Shown here: positions 44,100 through 53,890 of the stretch, in pieces
How positions within the stretch are numbered: the stretch's first letter is position 1
Layout: the number at the start of each line of letters is the position of its first letter
Source of the DNA: Candidatus Saccharimonadales bacterium
Lineage (GTDB): Bacteria > Patescibacteriota > Saccharimonadia > Saccharimonadales > JBBQYC01
Length of the DNA stretch: 55,661 bases
Reading direction: 5' to 3'
NCBI GenBank assembly: GCA_038209015.1
Contig: JBBQYC010000002.1
Location: forward strand, 1-55,661
The notes under the pieces: generated by a model
Told to the model about the DNA's origin: nothing
Databases searched by the model: none
What the model saw: only the letters and a program-made list of their open reading frames with translations
Made by a program: the position numbers and the translations under genes

Positions 44100-44534
44100 T
44101 TAAATAGACAGTAGTAGCACGAGTAAGAGCGATTGGACCAAAGCAGATGCTGCCACCAATTTAATTTTTTCAGTTTGATCGAGCGGTTGGAAGAATACCG
44201 TGTCGCGCTCAGGTTTATATATATCCCCTGTTAAAACAATTCCACCCAGTATAAGCAACCCCAGTGGCGCAAGTAATGCTACGAGTGCTACCGGTTTAAA
44301 ACGGCGCCACTTAGGAACGATTCCTGCAGGAACACCAGTAATACTAGTAACCTGCTGCACCAGCAGTTTCTCTGACGGGTTGCCTTCTACATTCTGAGTT
44401 GTTTCTTCTGTTGTATTAGTCTGTGGTTTTGAGGACTGACTTTCAGCTTCAATTGGATGCTCAAATACAGCAGCACACGACGGACAAGTAGTCATGCCTG
44501 GCTCTACAGCCACTTGGCATTGCGGACAATTCAT
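44100..44534 (-). CDS. zinc-ribbon protein with C-terminal TM helices
   Basis: MNCPQCQVAVEPGMTTCPSCAAVF is followed by a linker and two hydrophobic segments. Confidence 0.55.
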   Translation of the reverse strand: MNCPQCQVAVEPGMTTCPSCAAVFEHPIEAESQSSKPQTNTTEETTQNVEGNPSEKLLVQQVTSITGVPAGIVPKWRRFKPVALVALLAPLGLLILGGIVLTGDIYKPERDTVFFQPLDQTEKIKLVAASALVQSLLLVLLLSI

Positions 44535-44572
44535 ATATTAAACTTATGGCTATAGCGTATAAAAGTCAATGA

Positions 44573-45526
44573 TTAATCCTCTTGATCAGCAACTATTGTG
44601 TATTTAGAATCGGATGGTATAAAGATCTGACCGGGGTCGTCCTGATGGATAACAAAGTAAACATCCAGTTCGTTATCGCCATCTAGTACCGTTTCATCTA
44701 CAACGCGGATGGCTGATCGAACCGTTAAGCCACTCGGTCGTTTCAGATGATAGGTGTTTCGTCGAATAAACCGTGCGTGATACTCGTCCTCCGACTGGTA
44801 TATAAAGATTGAACTTAGTAAATCAATGTTATCGAACAACCCAAGTGAGTTAACGTAACTGAATATATTTCTTCTCAGTTCAGGGTCGCGCATAATATCG
44901 TTTAGATTAGTCTTCAAGTAAGTGATGATTTGATTGGTTTTTTGTGCCGGTGAAGCATCAGAAGCAACGATAATATCGATACTTTCGGCGGCCGAACCAG
45001 CCAGCCAGTTGCTCTCACCACTCAAATACCGAAAACTGTGAGCATTTATAACAGAGTTAGTCTCTAATGAAGTACCTGGGACAGTAAAATACGTACTCCT
45101 CGTAATGCAGTGTCTATCTCCTAAATGGTCGAAATATATTTCAGGTTCGTGCTTCAGTCGATGCAATACTCTGGTTTTGATAAAAATATCGCCGTTTATC
45201 TCATGAAGCATCGGGAAGACATACACTCCTTTATATATCCCATTAATTTCTCCGACCGTTCCGTCCATGAACAACAGCTCATTTCCGTCTTCATCCTCCT
45301 TCCGTACCGCATATTCGCCGTTCAGCGTAACGCGCATGTTCATCATAGGGCTTCCAAACACTGCTTCGAGCTCGTTCACATAATCTTTAACATCTTCGTA
45401 ATCTTCGTCGGTATAAAGTTCAGTATCCAGGAGCTCATCAATCTGGATTGCTTCATGCATAAACCGTTCATACATATCATACGGCCCGGGGTGGCGCTCA
45501 TTTACCAACGGATACAGCTCGCTCAT
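44573..45526 (-). CDS. hypothetical protein
   Basis: Long ORF. The track start at 45574 is TTG, and the first ATG is at 45526 (MSELYPL...). No family recognised. Confidence 0.5.
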   Translation of the reverse strand: MSELYPLVNERHPGPYDMYERFMHEAIQIDELLDTELYTDEDYEDVKDYVNELEAVFGSPMMNMRVTLNGEYAVRKEDEDGNELLFMDGTVGEINGIYKGVYVFPMLHEINGDIFIKTRVLHRLKHEPEIYFDHLGDRHCITRSTYFTVPGTSLETNSVINAHSFRYLSGESNWLAGSAAESIDIIVASDASPAQKTNQIITYLKTNLNDIMRDPELRRNIFSYVNSLGLFDNIDLLSSIFIYQSEDEYHARFIRRNTYHLKRPSGLTVRSAIRVVDETVLDGDNELDVYFVIHQDDPGQIFIPSDSKYTIVADQED

Positions 45527-45631
45527 ATACCCTAAGTGTACAACAACACATGCAATAAAATGCAGGATTTTCAAATCTATGTAGCCTTTGTTACACTGAT
45601 ATTACATAGCATAACTAAAAGGAGGTGTATC

Positions 45632-46333
45632 ATGGATCAAGCCCAAAGCGTGGTTGATCAGTTGTTTGACGCATCAGGCGAATTCTGGACAACTGTCAGC
45701 GGCTATTTGCCTGATCTGATCGCAGCAATTGTACTGCTCATAATGGCGCTTGTCGTCGCAAAACTTGTACAGTCGCTTGTTGTGAAGGGACTTACAATGG
45801 TCGGTGTAAACAAGCTCACTAAGAATAAGCGAGTTTCAAATACATTAAAGCTCGCCGAAGTGAACGTAGATTTCATTGATCTAGCCGGAAGAATTCTGTT
45901 CTGGGTCGTTATGATTATCTTCGCATTAACGATTGCCGATGTTCTCGGTTTAACCGCTATGCGAGATGTCATACGTGAAATCCTCGGCTACCTACCTAAT
46001 GTCTTGGCGGCAGTTATCGTGCTTACCATTACGGTAGCCGGTGCTCGTTTGCTCCAAGATTTAATCGCGGCAGCTCTTGTACGTATGCAGGTGGATTATG
46101 CGCGGCCGATATCGTCTGTCGCTTTCTACGTGCTCGTCATATTCGGTACATTGATGGCAGTAAATCAGCTTGGTTTTGATACAACCATCCTTACCGCCAA
46201 TATTACCGTGATTGTCGCCGGTATTATGCTAGCGCTCGCCTTGGCCTTTGGCCTAGGTGGACGTGACGTTGCAGGACGCATCGTCGAAGATGTCTATACA
46301 CATGTTCGCAAGAACAATCGTACTCGACGTTAA
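45632..46333 (+). CDS. multi-pass membrane protein (TM-helix-repeat / mechanosensitive-channel-like)
   Basis: ATG at 45632 has the SD AAAGGAGG. There are four or more hydrophobic helices with a repeated LxxxIxAxxVLxI pattern. Confidence 0.5.
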   Translation: MDQAQSVVDQLFDASGEFWTTVSGYLPDLIAAIVLLIMALVVAKLVQSLVVKGLTMVGVNKLTKNKRVSNTLKLAEVNVDFIDLAGRILFWVVMIIFALTIADVLGLTAMRDVIREILGYLPNVLAAVIVLTITVAGARLLQDLIAAALVRMQVDYARPISSVAFYVLVIFGTLMAVNQLGFDTTILTANITVIVAGIMLALALAFGLGGRDVAGRIVEDVYTHVRKNNRTRR

Positions 46334-46346
46334 CCTACATTAATGA

Positions 46347-46378
46347 AAAGACCGCTAGCTATGGGCGGTCTTTTGTTG
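46347..46378. terminator. bidirectional intrinsic terminator
   Basis: AAAGACCGC-9 nt-GCGGTCTTT has an A-run on one side and a T-run on the other. It lies between convergent genes. Confidence 0.7.
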
Positions 46379-46406
46379 TGCCCCCTCATAAGCTACTCAT
46401 CACTGT

Positions 46407-46961
46407 TCAATAGGTATTAATTGCTTTTACTTGTTCTAGTATCGCGCTTGTAAATGCATGTAGATCATCGGGGGTGCGGCTTGTGATCAAGTTTTCATCA
46501 ACAACCACTGGTTCGTCAAGCCATTCTGTAGCTCCTGCATTTACTAAATCCAGTTCTAAACTTGGATAACTCGTTAGTGTTTTCCCTTCTATGCAATCAG
46601 CGCTGATAAGTATCCATGGGCCATGGCATATTATCGCAAGAGGCTTATTTGAATTCATGAAATACTGCACCCATTCTTGGGCTGTTTCTTTCCCTCGCAA
46701 CTGGTCGCCGTTTATTGTTCCACCTGGGATGATTAACACATCATAGTCAGCGGGTTCTACCTCATCGATAAGATTATCTGCTTCGAATGTATCTGCAAGC
46801 TCTGCATGATTCATACCTTGAACCATTTTCTGCTCGGTCGATATAAGATGCACGCTTGCACCATGAGACTCCATAACATCTTTCGGTTCGGTCATTTCAA
46901 CCTGTTCAAAGTAATTATCTACCAAAATAGCAATGTTCATATTTTCAAGCTCGCTCATCAT
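46407..46961 (-). CDS. DJ-1/PfpI family protein
   Basis: VLIIPGG and the nucleophile elbow AIICHGPWILISA. Confidence 0.8.
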   Translation of the reverse strand: MMSELENMNIAILVDNYFEQVEMTEPKDVMESHGASVHLISTEQKMVQGMNHAELADTFEADNLIDEVEPADYDVLIIPGGTINGDQLRGKETAQEWVQYFMNSNKPLAIICHGPWILISADCIEGKTLTSYPSLELDLVNAGATEWLDEPVVVDENLITSRTPDDLHAFTSAILEQVKAINTY

Positions 46962-47042
46962 TCCCTCCGCATTAGTTTCATCAGCATAACGAACGGCTCA
47001 ATCTACTTCTGTGATGCACACAACACATAACCTGTAATGTTT

Positions 47043-47270
47043 TTATCTATAAAGATGTTGGTAATTACCAAGTTTTTTTGGTGGGAGTATTTTATACCCG
47101 TTGTGAGCCGGATTATATTTGGGCTGAGGTTTTTCTTGAGGTTCGTATCCAACTATTGGGATCATTGTTCGCGACGCTGATTCAACCCCCGTCGCCACTG
47201 CACCTAACGCTAACACCAGTGTTGATGCCAACAGCATGCTTTTCTCTGTAAGTGATTTGTTTTGTTCCAT
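47043..47270 (-). CDS. small membrane-anchored protein
   Basis: ATG at 47270 has GGAG 7 nt upstream, whereas the track start is TTG. One hydrophobic helix. Confidence 0.4.
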   Translation of the reverse strand: MEQNKSLTEKSMLLASTLVLALGAVATGVESASRTMIPIVGYEPQEKPQPKYNPAHNGYKILPPKKLGNYQHLYR

Positions 47271-47274
47271 AAGG

Positions 47275-47919
47275 CTACTCCGTAATCTTAGCAAACTTTA
47301 GAATTTCATCACATGATAATGGCGTCAGTTCCGATATAGTCTTCCCCGAATATTCAGTTGCCTTATCAATAATATAAGTGCCGACTTTATATACAATCCA
47401 CTTTCGCCCGTCTGGATGCGAATATAAATAATCATTCGTTCGGGCAGTGGTATGAGTATCTTGTATCTCATGCAGCCACGCTCCTATATCTTCGTTTTGA
47501 TACCTCCCCCACAATGGGTCAGAGCCGGCTTTATCGCGTTCAAATACAGTTGCCAACCCCTCCATAATAGCTTGTTGCAGCAGTGTTTCATGCCACTCAC
47601 CAGTAGCGAAACGAGCAGCATGGTTACTTTCATGGAAAACGGTGGCTCGTATATGGTTTAAAATGCTATCTAATCCGTGCCGTGGCCTGGGATGAAATCC
47701 TAATACTATAAGCTCGCTGTTCTTTGTATAGCCACTGTCTTGTGTTTCCTCAATAAGATCATACTCGCGTGGTTGCACCACATAATTTATGTGACTTGAA
47801 AGTGAAGGTAGCAACTCTGCTGCTTCGGCATAGGCATCGGTGACTTGTCTGGCATAGTTAATCTGGAAATTTGGTTCTAGCTCACCCCAATAATCAGATT
47901 CTACAAAATGAATTTTCAT
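47275..47919 (-). CDS. DUF2268-like predicted zinc metalloprotease
   Basis: The HExxH motif is in TVFHESNHAARF, followed downstream by EGLATVFE. Confidence 0.55.
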   Translation of the reverse strand: MKIHFVESDYWGELEPNFQINYARQVTDAYAEAAELLPSLSSHINYVVQPREYDLIEETQDSGYTKNSELIVLGFHPRPRHGLDSILNHIRATVFHESNHAARFATGEWHETLLQQAIMEGLATVFERDKAGSDPLWGRYQNEDIGAWLHEIQDTHTTARTNDYLYSHPDGRKWIVYKVGTYIIDKATEYSGKTISELTPLSCDEILKFAKITE

Positions 47920-48635
47920 GGCAATTTTTTTGAATTTACTTTCTCGTTCAGATTCACTGCATAGTCTATAAACTGCTGTCTGATCGTTTGGGTTTGCGGG
48001 TTCCCCGATTGTATCGTATAAAACAGCTCGTCACTATGTTCCGCTTCAAGCTCGGCCAAATGAATCAGTCTTTTAAATGATGGTGTGTTTAGCTTCTGCC
48101 GGTGCAGCTTCATTTCTTTTAGAACATGGGCTATAAAAAATGTCAGCCCCTGGACCGTCGCCATTTCTTTGTCATGTTCTTTAGCCGTCATATGAATGAC
48201 GTGTAAGTGAAGCTGTTTGGCGAAGTCTTCAATCTCTTGCAGTACTCTTGGGCTAGAGTCTTCTGGGCAGAGCACCAGCGTATGCCCTGCCAGCTCATCG
48301 GCAGACTGCGGTCCGAACAACGGGTGGGTGACGGCAAGCTGCTGGTCAGGCAAAATACCACGTATAATTTCGACCGATTTTTGCTTTACCGAGCATACGT
48401 CTACTAAAATCGTCTCTTTGCTCAGCAGCGGTTTTAGGTCTTTCAGCACGCTATGGTACGAATCAATCGGCACAGCTAGTAACAAATAATCAGCTTCTGC
48501 TACGTCTTTTAAGTCCGCCTGCCACTTGTTAGGCTTTATGGAATAGCTATAGACCAGCACCTTGCAATTAGCATCGAGTTGCTCTGCCAAGAACTTTCCA
48601 AAACTACCAAAACCAACAATCCCGACTGTTTTCAT
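47916..48635 (-). CDS. prephenate/arogenate dehydrogenase-family protein
   Basis: Rossmann motif VGIVGFGSFGKFLA and the TyrA-type motif THPLFGPQS. Confidence 0.65.
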   Translation of the reverse strand: MKTVGIVGFGSFGKFLAEQLDANCKVLVYSYSIKPNKWQADLKDVAEADYLLLAVPIDSYHSVLKDLKPLLSKETILVDVCSVKQKSVEIIRGILPDQQLAVTHPLFGPQSADELAGHTLVLCPEDSSPRVLQEIEDFAKQLHLHVIHMTAKEHDKEMATVQGLTFFIAHVLKEMKLHRQKLNTPSFKRLIHLAELEAEHSDELFYTIQSGNPQTQTIRQQFIDYAVNLNEKVNSKKLP

Positions 48636-48812
48636 ATTGAATCAATCATACCACTTCTCTGTTTCGTGCTACATTCGCTTATTAGAAGAAATTATAGTTG
48701 CTCTCTTCAGCTAGATTTTTAAATTGTACATTAAGAAAAAGCCACAGTCCAAACCAAATAACAAGACCATAATCCATATTGCTGTTTTCTAGGTTTTTTG
48801 GCGGAACATTAA

Positions 48813-50156
48813 CTACCTAATAAATTCATTAAGATCACTGATTTGTTGTCGTTGTTGTTCAGTGGTGTCGCGGTCTCTTACGGTAACTGTATTGTTCTCT
48901 AAGGTGTCGAAGTCTATCACTACACAGTATGGAGTTCCAATTTCGTCTTGTCTTCTATATCTTTTACCAATGTTTCCGTTATCGTCCCACATAACATTGC
49001 CAAACTCACTCTTGAGTATGTCGTAGACTTCACGAGCTTTTTCAACCAATTCTGGTTTGTTCTTTAGTAAAGGTGAAACTGCAACGCGGTACGGAGCCAA
49101 CTCTGGCTTCAGTTTTAATACAACCCGTTTGTCGCCGTTTATTTCTTCTTCATGGTAAGCATCGGTTAATACGGCTAGGAACATTCGCCCAACCCCGACG
49201 GATGATTCTATAACATACGGGATAAATCGCTCATTCTTCTCTTGGTCGATATACTGCAAATCTTTACCGCTGACTCGCTGATGATTACTAAGATCGTAAT
49301 CAGTTCGGTTATGAGTTCCCCATAATTCTTTGAATCCTTGCGGGAAGTTAAAGTAGACATCATGGGCAGCTGCTGCGTAGTGTGCACGCTCATCGTCACC
49401 ATGTTCATGCCACTCCAGGTTGTCTTTAGATATACCGAGCCTGTCAGTCAAAAAACTCCAGGCAAAACTGCGCCAGTCTTCATAAACAGATCCCTGAATA
49501 CTAGGAGGTATGAAGTATTGCATTTCCATTTGCTCAAGCTCGCGCACGCGGAAAATGAAGTCACGCGGACTAATTTCATTACGGAATGCTTTACCGATTT
49601 GAGCAATACCAAACGGTAGTTTTGCGCGCATCGTTTCTTGTACATTCTTGAAGTTCGTAAAGATTGAACCAGCTGTTTCAGGACGAAGATATGCGATTGA
49701 TTCATTGTCTTCAACGGGACCGATCCATGTCTTCATCATCATATTGTATGTTCGTGGCTCGGTTAGCTCCTGCTTGCCGCATGTCGGACATTTTATGCCT
49801 TCTAGTAGTTCCTTAAGCTCATTAAGGTCAGTAGAATCGGTGCCAGCTAAATGGTCGGCACGGTGCCGTGCCCCACAATTCTTACAGTCCACAAGCGGGT
49901 CTGTAAATCCAGCAACGTGCCCACTGGCTTCCCAAAGTTTAGGATTTTGAACTATCGCTCCATCAACACCAAAAATATTATCGCGCTCCGTCACGACCGC
50001 CTGCCACCATTCAGCCTTGATCTTATTAACCAATTCTATTCCGAGCGGGCCGTAATCGTAAAAACCTGCTAAGCCACCGTATATTTCACTTGCCTGAAAT
50101 ACAAATCCGCGGCGCTTGCATAAAGAAACAATATCTTCCATTTTGACGTTACTCAT
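48813..50156 (-). CDS. glyQS: glycine--tRNA ligase (dimeric class II)
   Basis: KRRGFVFQASEIYGG..GFYDYGPLG, FRNEISPR, GVGRMFLA. Confidence 0.92.
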   Translation of the reverse strand: MSNVKMEDIVSLCKRRGFVFQASEIYGGLAGFYDYGPLGIELVNKIKAEWWQAVVTERDNIFGVDGAIVQNPKLWEASGHVAGFTDPLVDCKNCGARHRADHLAGTDSTDLNELKELLEGIKCPTCGKQELTEPRTYNMMMKTWIGPVEDNESIAYLRPETAGSIFTNFKNVQETMRAKLPFGIAQIGKAFRNEISPRDFIFRVRELEQMEMQYFIPPSIQGSVYEDWRSFAWSFLTDRLGISKDNLEWHEHGDDERAHYAAAAHDVYFNFPQGFKELWGTHNRTDYDLSNHQRVSGKDLQYIDQEKNERFIPYVIESSVGVGRMFLAVLTDAYHEEEINGDKRVVLKLKPELAPYRVAVSPLLKNKPELVEKAREVYDILKSEFGNVMWDDNGNIGKRYRRQDEIGTPYCVVIDFDTLENNTVTVRDRDTTEQQRQQISDLNEFIR

Positions 50157-50183
50157 AATTACTCCGCATTATACGCGAACAGA

Positions 50184-50211
50184 TAAAAATAGCCCAGACA
50201 TGTCTGAGCTA
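50184..50211 (-). terminator. intrinsic terminator
   Basis: On the minus strand the sequence reads TAGCTCAGA catg TCTGGGCTA followed by TTTTTAT. It lies downstream of the gene ending at 50232. Confidence 0.55.
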
Positions 50212-50231
50212 TTTGTTCTAATTTGTCGGAA

Positions 50232-50651
50232 TTATTGCTGAGGATGCTGCTCTTCGAGCTGTTCATCCTGAACTGCAGGAACTTCTGGAGTTATTTCAGC
50301 TCCTGGCTGAGATGGCTCAACCGGCGTTTCCGTAACTGCAGCTTGCTCATCAATCATCCCCTGTTCTTCTGTTGCCTGGTTAGACTCATCAGAAACAGTT
50401 GTATCTTCCCCGGTAACTTCCTGATGCATAGTCTCATCTGACTGCTCAGTTTGCTCAACAGCAGCAACATCATCCGTCGGAGAATCGGCAGGCTGTTCAG
50501 ACGCTTGCACATCAGTAGAAGATGATGCTTCTACGGGTGCATGTTCTTCTGTTTCCGGCGTTTCTAATGATGAATCTAGACTACTCTCTGCGGCAGAAGT
50601 ATCTGCAGTTTGGTCGTTTGCTTTGTCATCATGATGGAATGGATTCCACAT
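50232..50651 (-). CDS. highly acidic low-complexity protein
   Basis: 139 aa rich in E/D/T/S/Q with no hydrophobic core. Confidence 0.45.
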   Translation of the reverse strand: MWNPFHHDDKANDQTADTSAAESSLDSSLETPETEEHAPVEASSSTDVQASEQPADSPTDDVAAVEQTEQSDETMHQEVTGEDTTVSDESNQATEEQGMIDEQAAVTETPVEPSQPGAEITPEVPAVQDEQLEEQHPQQ

Positions 50652-50717
50652 ACATAATTCCTTTTTGTTACTAAATTATACGCCGTAATACTACTATAAT
50701 GCTTACGTTTTGTCAAT

Positions 50718-51410
50718 TTAACGGACACGTAAGTGGTAATCGCACGTATCCACAGACAACCTGACAATTGCGTTCAAAACTGTTTCATCAACATTGATTC
50801 GGCTCATTTTATCCATCGGTTGTGTTAGTGCTAAACGTACAAGTTTTATATGGTTTGGAGTATACGGTCCGTCAGGCTGCTCTTCAAACATCATATCCTG
50901 ATAATCAAACCCATATAAAGCATCGGGTTTGAGTTGATGATTTTGGCTGTCCGTTGTAACGTTTGGCGCATGTCCACTTACTTGCAATAGTCTGAAATTG
51001 AACCACAGGTAAACCATATCTATGCTCAAGTGAGCTGTATTCAAACCCTCAAGCGATTCAGCCAGTAACTGAAAATAGGCTTCGTCTGTTTGGCTTTCGG
51101 TTGCTTTATGAATAATTTTTAAAATTTCATACCCGCGCATTGTCCTGTCTAAATCATTAGCAAGATACGTAAAGTGCGTCTGTAATCGGCTGCTGGTCAG
51201 AGTAGACACTTCGCCACGGCCTGGCAGATAGCTTAGTTCAGAGACGCTAAATAACTCGACACCGCCTGCGAGCTTAGATTTTTCTCTTCTGACGCCTTTT
51301 GCAATCAAACTCAACTTTCCCTTTTGAGGTGTTAGTACAGTTAATATCCGGTCAGCTTCACCATAATTTGTTCGCTGCAAAATAACTGCCGGTGTTATTA
51401 CATGTTGCAT
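50718..51410 (-). CDS. recO: DNA repair protein RecO
   Basis: The OB-fold N-terminus is AVILQRTNYGEADRILTVLTPQKGKLSLIAKGVRR. Confidence 0.8.
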   Translation of the reverse strand: MQHVITPAVILQRTNYGEADRILTVLTPQKGKLSLIAKGVRREKSKLAGGVELFSVSELSYLPGRGEVSTLTSSRLQTHFTYLANDLDRTMRGYEILKIIHKATESQTDEAYFQLLAESLEGLNTAHLSIDMVYLWFNFRLLQVSGHAPNVTTDSQNHQLKPDALYGFDYQDMMFEEQPDGPYTPNHIKLVRLALTQPMDKMSRINVDETVLNAIVRLSVDTCDYHLRVR

Positions 51411-51775
51411 TATCGGCCTCGTAAAACATGCATAACGAGCTGCTTAGGGGTTGTAGTGGGTTTGTAGAATACATCGGCTTTTGCGAGCTTCCATGAAGAC
51501 TGAAATCGTGCATCAAGTATATTGCGATTAGTAGAGTATATGTACACCGGAACAGCGTCCATATCCGCGTGTGATCGCATTTCATACACAAACTCGACAC
51601 CATTATGTTGTCCAAGTTGTGTGTCCAGAATCACGGCATCAGGTGCAAAATAATCTAACTGATCCAAGCCTTTTTGAGCACTTGAGACTACTTTTACTTC
51701 GCAGCCTCGTGCCTTCAATAACTGAGTTATGCTTTCAGCCATAATTTTATCTCCGTCAACAATGAGTATTTTCAC
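51410..51775 (-). CDS. stand-alone response regulator receiver protein
   Basis: ILIVDGD, the phospho-acceptor context AVILDTQL, and YST...FYKP. There is no output domain. It shares 1 nt with the recO start. Confidence 0.8.
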   Translation of the reverse strand: MKILIVDGDKIMAESITQLLKARGCEVKVVSSAQKGLDQLDYFAPDAVILDTQLGQHNGVEFVYEMRSHADMDAVPVYIYSTNRNILDARFQSSWKLAKADVFYKPTTTPKQLVMHVLRGR

Positions 51776-52407
51776 ACTATCAATTGTAACTGATTTGACT
51801 GGTTGAACGTTGCACCAAAACCAGTCATCGATACATGCTTGTATTGTTTGACCTGCGTTTGAAGTCGTTCACCGAGACGTGCAGCTACCGATAACAAAAC
51901 TTCGGCGTTATTCGTATTTTGAGTGTCTGCGCTACTCCTTAACTTTAGTTCGTTAAGGTCAGGAGAGAATGCCCCGAGTACAGTTCCGCGAACACTGCGG
52001 TGTGTGCCAAGAATAATACGCCCAGTGGTTAGCTGCTGACTCACGAGAGCCATGCCGACTAAATTCAAAAGATCACGTACTGATTGCCTATGGGCAAGGA
52101 TTGGCCGCGATGTCCCGCGTAGACTTACTTCCATTTCAATATTATTAGCTTTCGCCAACGGATAGAGATCGTGTGCCACATCTTCCAGAATGGAAACTGC
52201 TGTGACAGGTTCTAAAATCAGCTGAGTTTGTTGGCTTGCCAGCAAAAAAGCGTCCGCTACGCGCAACGACCCTTTCGCAAGTGCGGCTATGGTGGTTGTA
52301 TCAGATGCCGGTAGCTCAGCTAAAGACAAAATACGCAACATATCGTCACGGAGTTGTTCTGTGAGGCGAAGCGAAAATGTATCAATTTCTGTACTCAAAA
52401 GTAGCAC
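51772..52407 (-). CDS. degenerate histidine-kinase-like protein (no sensor domain; atypical N-box)
   Basis: EPVTAVSILEDVAHDLYPLAKANNIEMEVSL.....ILAHRQSVRDLLNLVGMAL follows the layout of an HK catalytic domain, but the conserved Asn and G-boxes are not evident. GTG start. Confidence 0.4.
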   Translation of the reverse strand: MLLLSTEIDTFSLRLTEQLRDDMLRILSLAELPASDTTTIAALAKGSLRVADAFLLASQQTQLILEPVTAVSILEDVAHDLYPLAKANNIEMEVSLRGTSRPILAHRQSVRDLLNLVGMALVSQQLTTGRIILGTHRSVRGTVLGAFSPDLNELKLRSSADTQNTNNAEVLLSVAARLGERLQTQVKQYKHVSMTGFGATFNQSNQLQLIV

Positions 52408-52441
52408 TACCCTTCACGTTATCTGTTATGAGTATAGCAAA

Positions 52442-53212
52442 CTATGGGGAGTACGTCAGTGATTTGAGCACAATCGAATCAAAGTCTTTAACGAAGTCTT
52501 GAGATTCAGTTGAGAGCACTAGGGTTTTATCCCGGAGAGGCAGCACCACCATCACTCCATTCGTTTTACCGGTAGCTACTTCTCCTGATAATCGTGCGCC
52601 CGGTTCTGCATTCATTACGTTCGGTGCGGTATAGGCTCCGGACGATATCTTTCCTGTTTTAATCTTTGAGGCATAACTTTTTATAACTTCGGCATAGCGC
52701 TTATCAATAACCTGCATGCGTAATGCAAACTTGGTATCACCTGCGACGTCAGGAACTAGATTCGGATGGAAATATCCGTTGAGCTGTTCTTGCGTAGTAT
52801 CCTTTTCTATCATGTAACCACTCCATGTTTTAGGATAATCAAAGCTGATGCTGCCATATGCCCCAGGACTGTTATACGTTTTGGTTGGTAGTTTTTCTTT
52901 CTCAACAAATTCTGCATCTTTCTTAGCTGCTTCCTCTTCAACTGCAACTTTTACTGCTGTAGCGACTTTGGAATCAGTATTGTCCTTGTAGTCATTACGT
53001 TCTAAAAAAGCCCAGACAGCAAAGCCGGTTACAACGAGCATAAACACTGTAACCACAATGAGAGCAATAAGCGTTAGTCTACTACCTGTTTTCTTCTGTG
53101 ACCCGGCGGTGTACTGAGGCACAGGCTGTTGACCATAGGGAGGCTGATACTGATTTTGCGGTTGCATATTACTGCTTATGGTATCCGAACTAGTGTCTGC
53201 AAGCAAGCTCAT
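52442..53212 (-). CDS. membrane-anchored hypothetical protein
   Basis: It has a Q/P-rich N-terminus, one TM helix and an extracytoplasmic domain. Confidence 0.5.
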   Translation of the reverse strand: MSLLADTSSDTISSNMQPQNQYQPPYGQQPVPQYTAGSQKKTGSRLTLIALIVVTVFMLVVTGFAVWAFLERNDYKDNTDSKVATAVKVAVEEEAAKKDAEFVEKEKLPTKTYNSPGAYGSISFDYPKTWSGYMIEKDTTQEQLNGYFHPNLVPDVAGDTKFALRMQVIDKRYAEVIKSYASKIKTGKISSGAYTAPNVMNAEPGARLSGEVATGKTNGVMVVLPLRDKTLVLSTESQDFVKDFDSIVLKSLTYSP

Positions 53213-53697
53213 TTATAGACATACAGGAACATTCCTCTCTTTTTTTTAGTAGGTGTTTTATGAGGTATTTCAAATGCATTACTCACAAGTTTGACCGGCA
53301 TGCGAACATCTTGAATAATTTTCTTATCCAATTTCGTCATGTATTTTTGTAATAAAAATGTATAAATTGCGTCAGATTCAGGCCAAGATACTGTCCAAAA
53401 ATTGCCAAATTTAACAGATACAAACTGTCGATATTTCCATGTCAGCAGTAGACTAATCACATACAGGAGAGGATTGAGTTCGTATCCAGTCGCTCTGATT
53501 CCTCGCTGCCCTGCTGCCCGCAGCACCCGTCCATCGCCGCTTCCCAGTTCTACTAAATGATCTCCGGGCTCAAGTTGCAATAAATCAAAAATATCTTCGG
53601 TGCTGGCTTTAAGGGTTGGCACATACGGCGCCCCAAATAAAACAACAAAACCAAAGAGCAATATGAGTCCGAGCGCTAGTACAACTATCAAATCCAT
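53209..53697 (-). CDS. class I SAM-dependent methyltransferase with N-terminal TM helix
   Basis: SAM motif I is LVELGSGDGRVL. Confidence 0.6.
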   Translation of the reverse strand: MDLIVVLALGLILLFGFVVLFGAPYVPTLKASTEDIFDLLQLEPGDHLVELGSGDGRVLRAAGQRGIRATGYELNPLLYVISLLLTWKYRQFVSVKFGNFWTVSWPESDAIYTFLLQKYMTKLDKKIIQDVRMPVKLVSNAFEIPHKTPTKKKRGMFLYVYK

Positions 53698-53707
53698 TGC
53701 ATTGATT

Positions 53708-53890
53708 CTATGAGGTTAGTTTTCGGATTTCGTTTTCTGCTAGTTTTAGTTGCTCTTCCAGCCTCTGGATCAGTTTATGGCCTTCTTTATAGAGCGTGAG
53801 TGCTCTATCGACGGATACATCCCCCGCTTGCAGCTCACCAAGGATTTTATTTAGTTCATCTTGCAGTTCTTTATATGCTTTGTTTGCCAT
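53708..53890 (-). CDS. xseB: exodeoxyribonuclease VII small subunit
   Basis: A 60-aa helical protein (LQAGDVSVDRALTLYKEGHKLIQ) directly downstream of xseA. Confidence 0.8.
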   Translation of the reverse strand: MANKAYKELQDELNKILGELQAGDVSVDRALTLYKEGHKLIQRLEEQLKLAENEIRKLTS

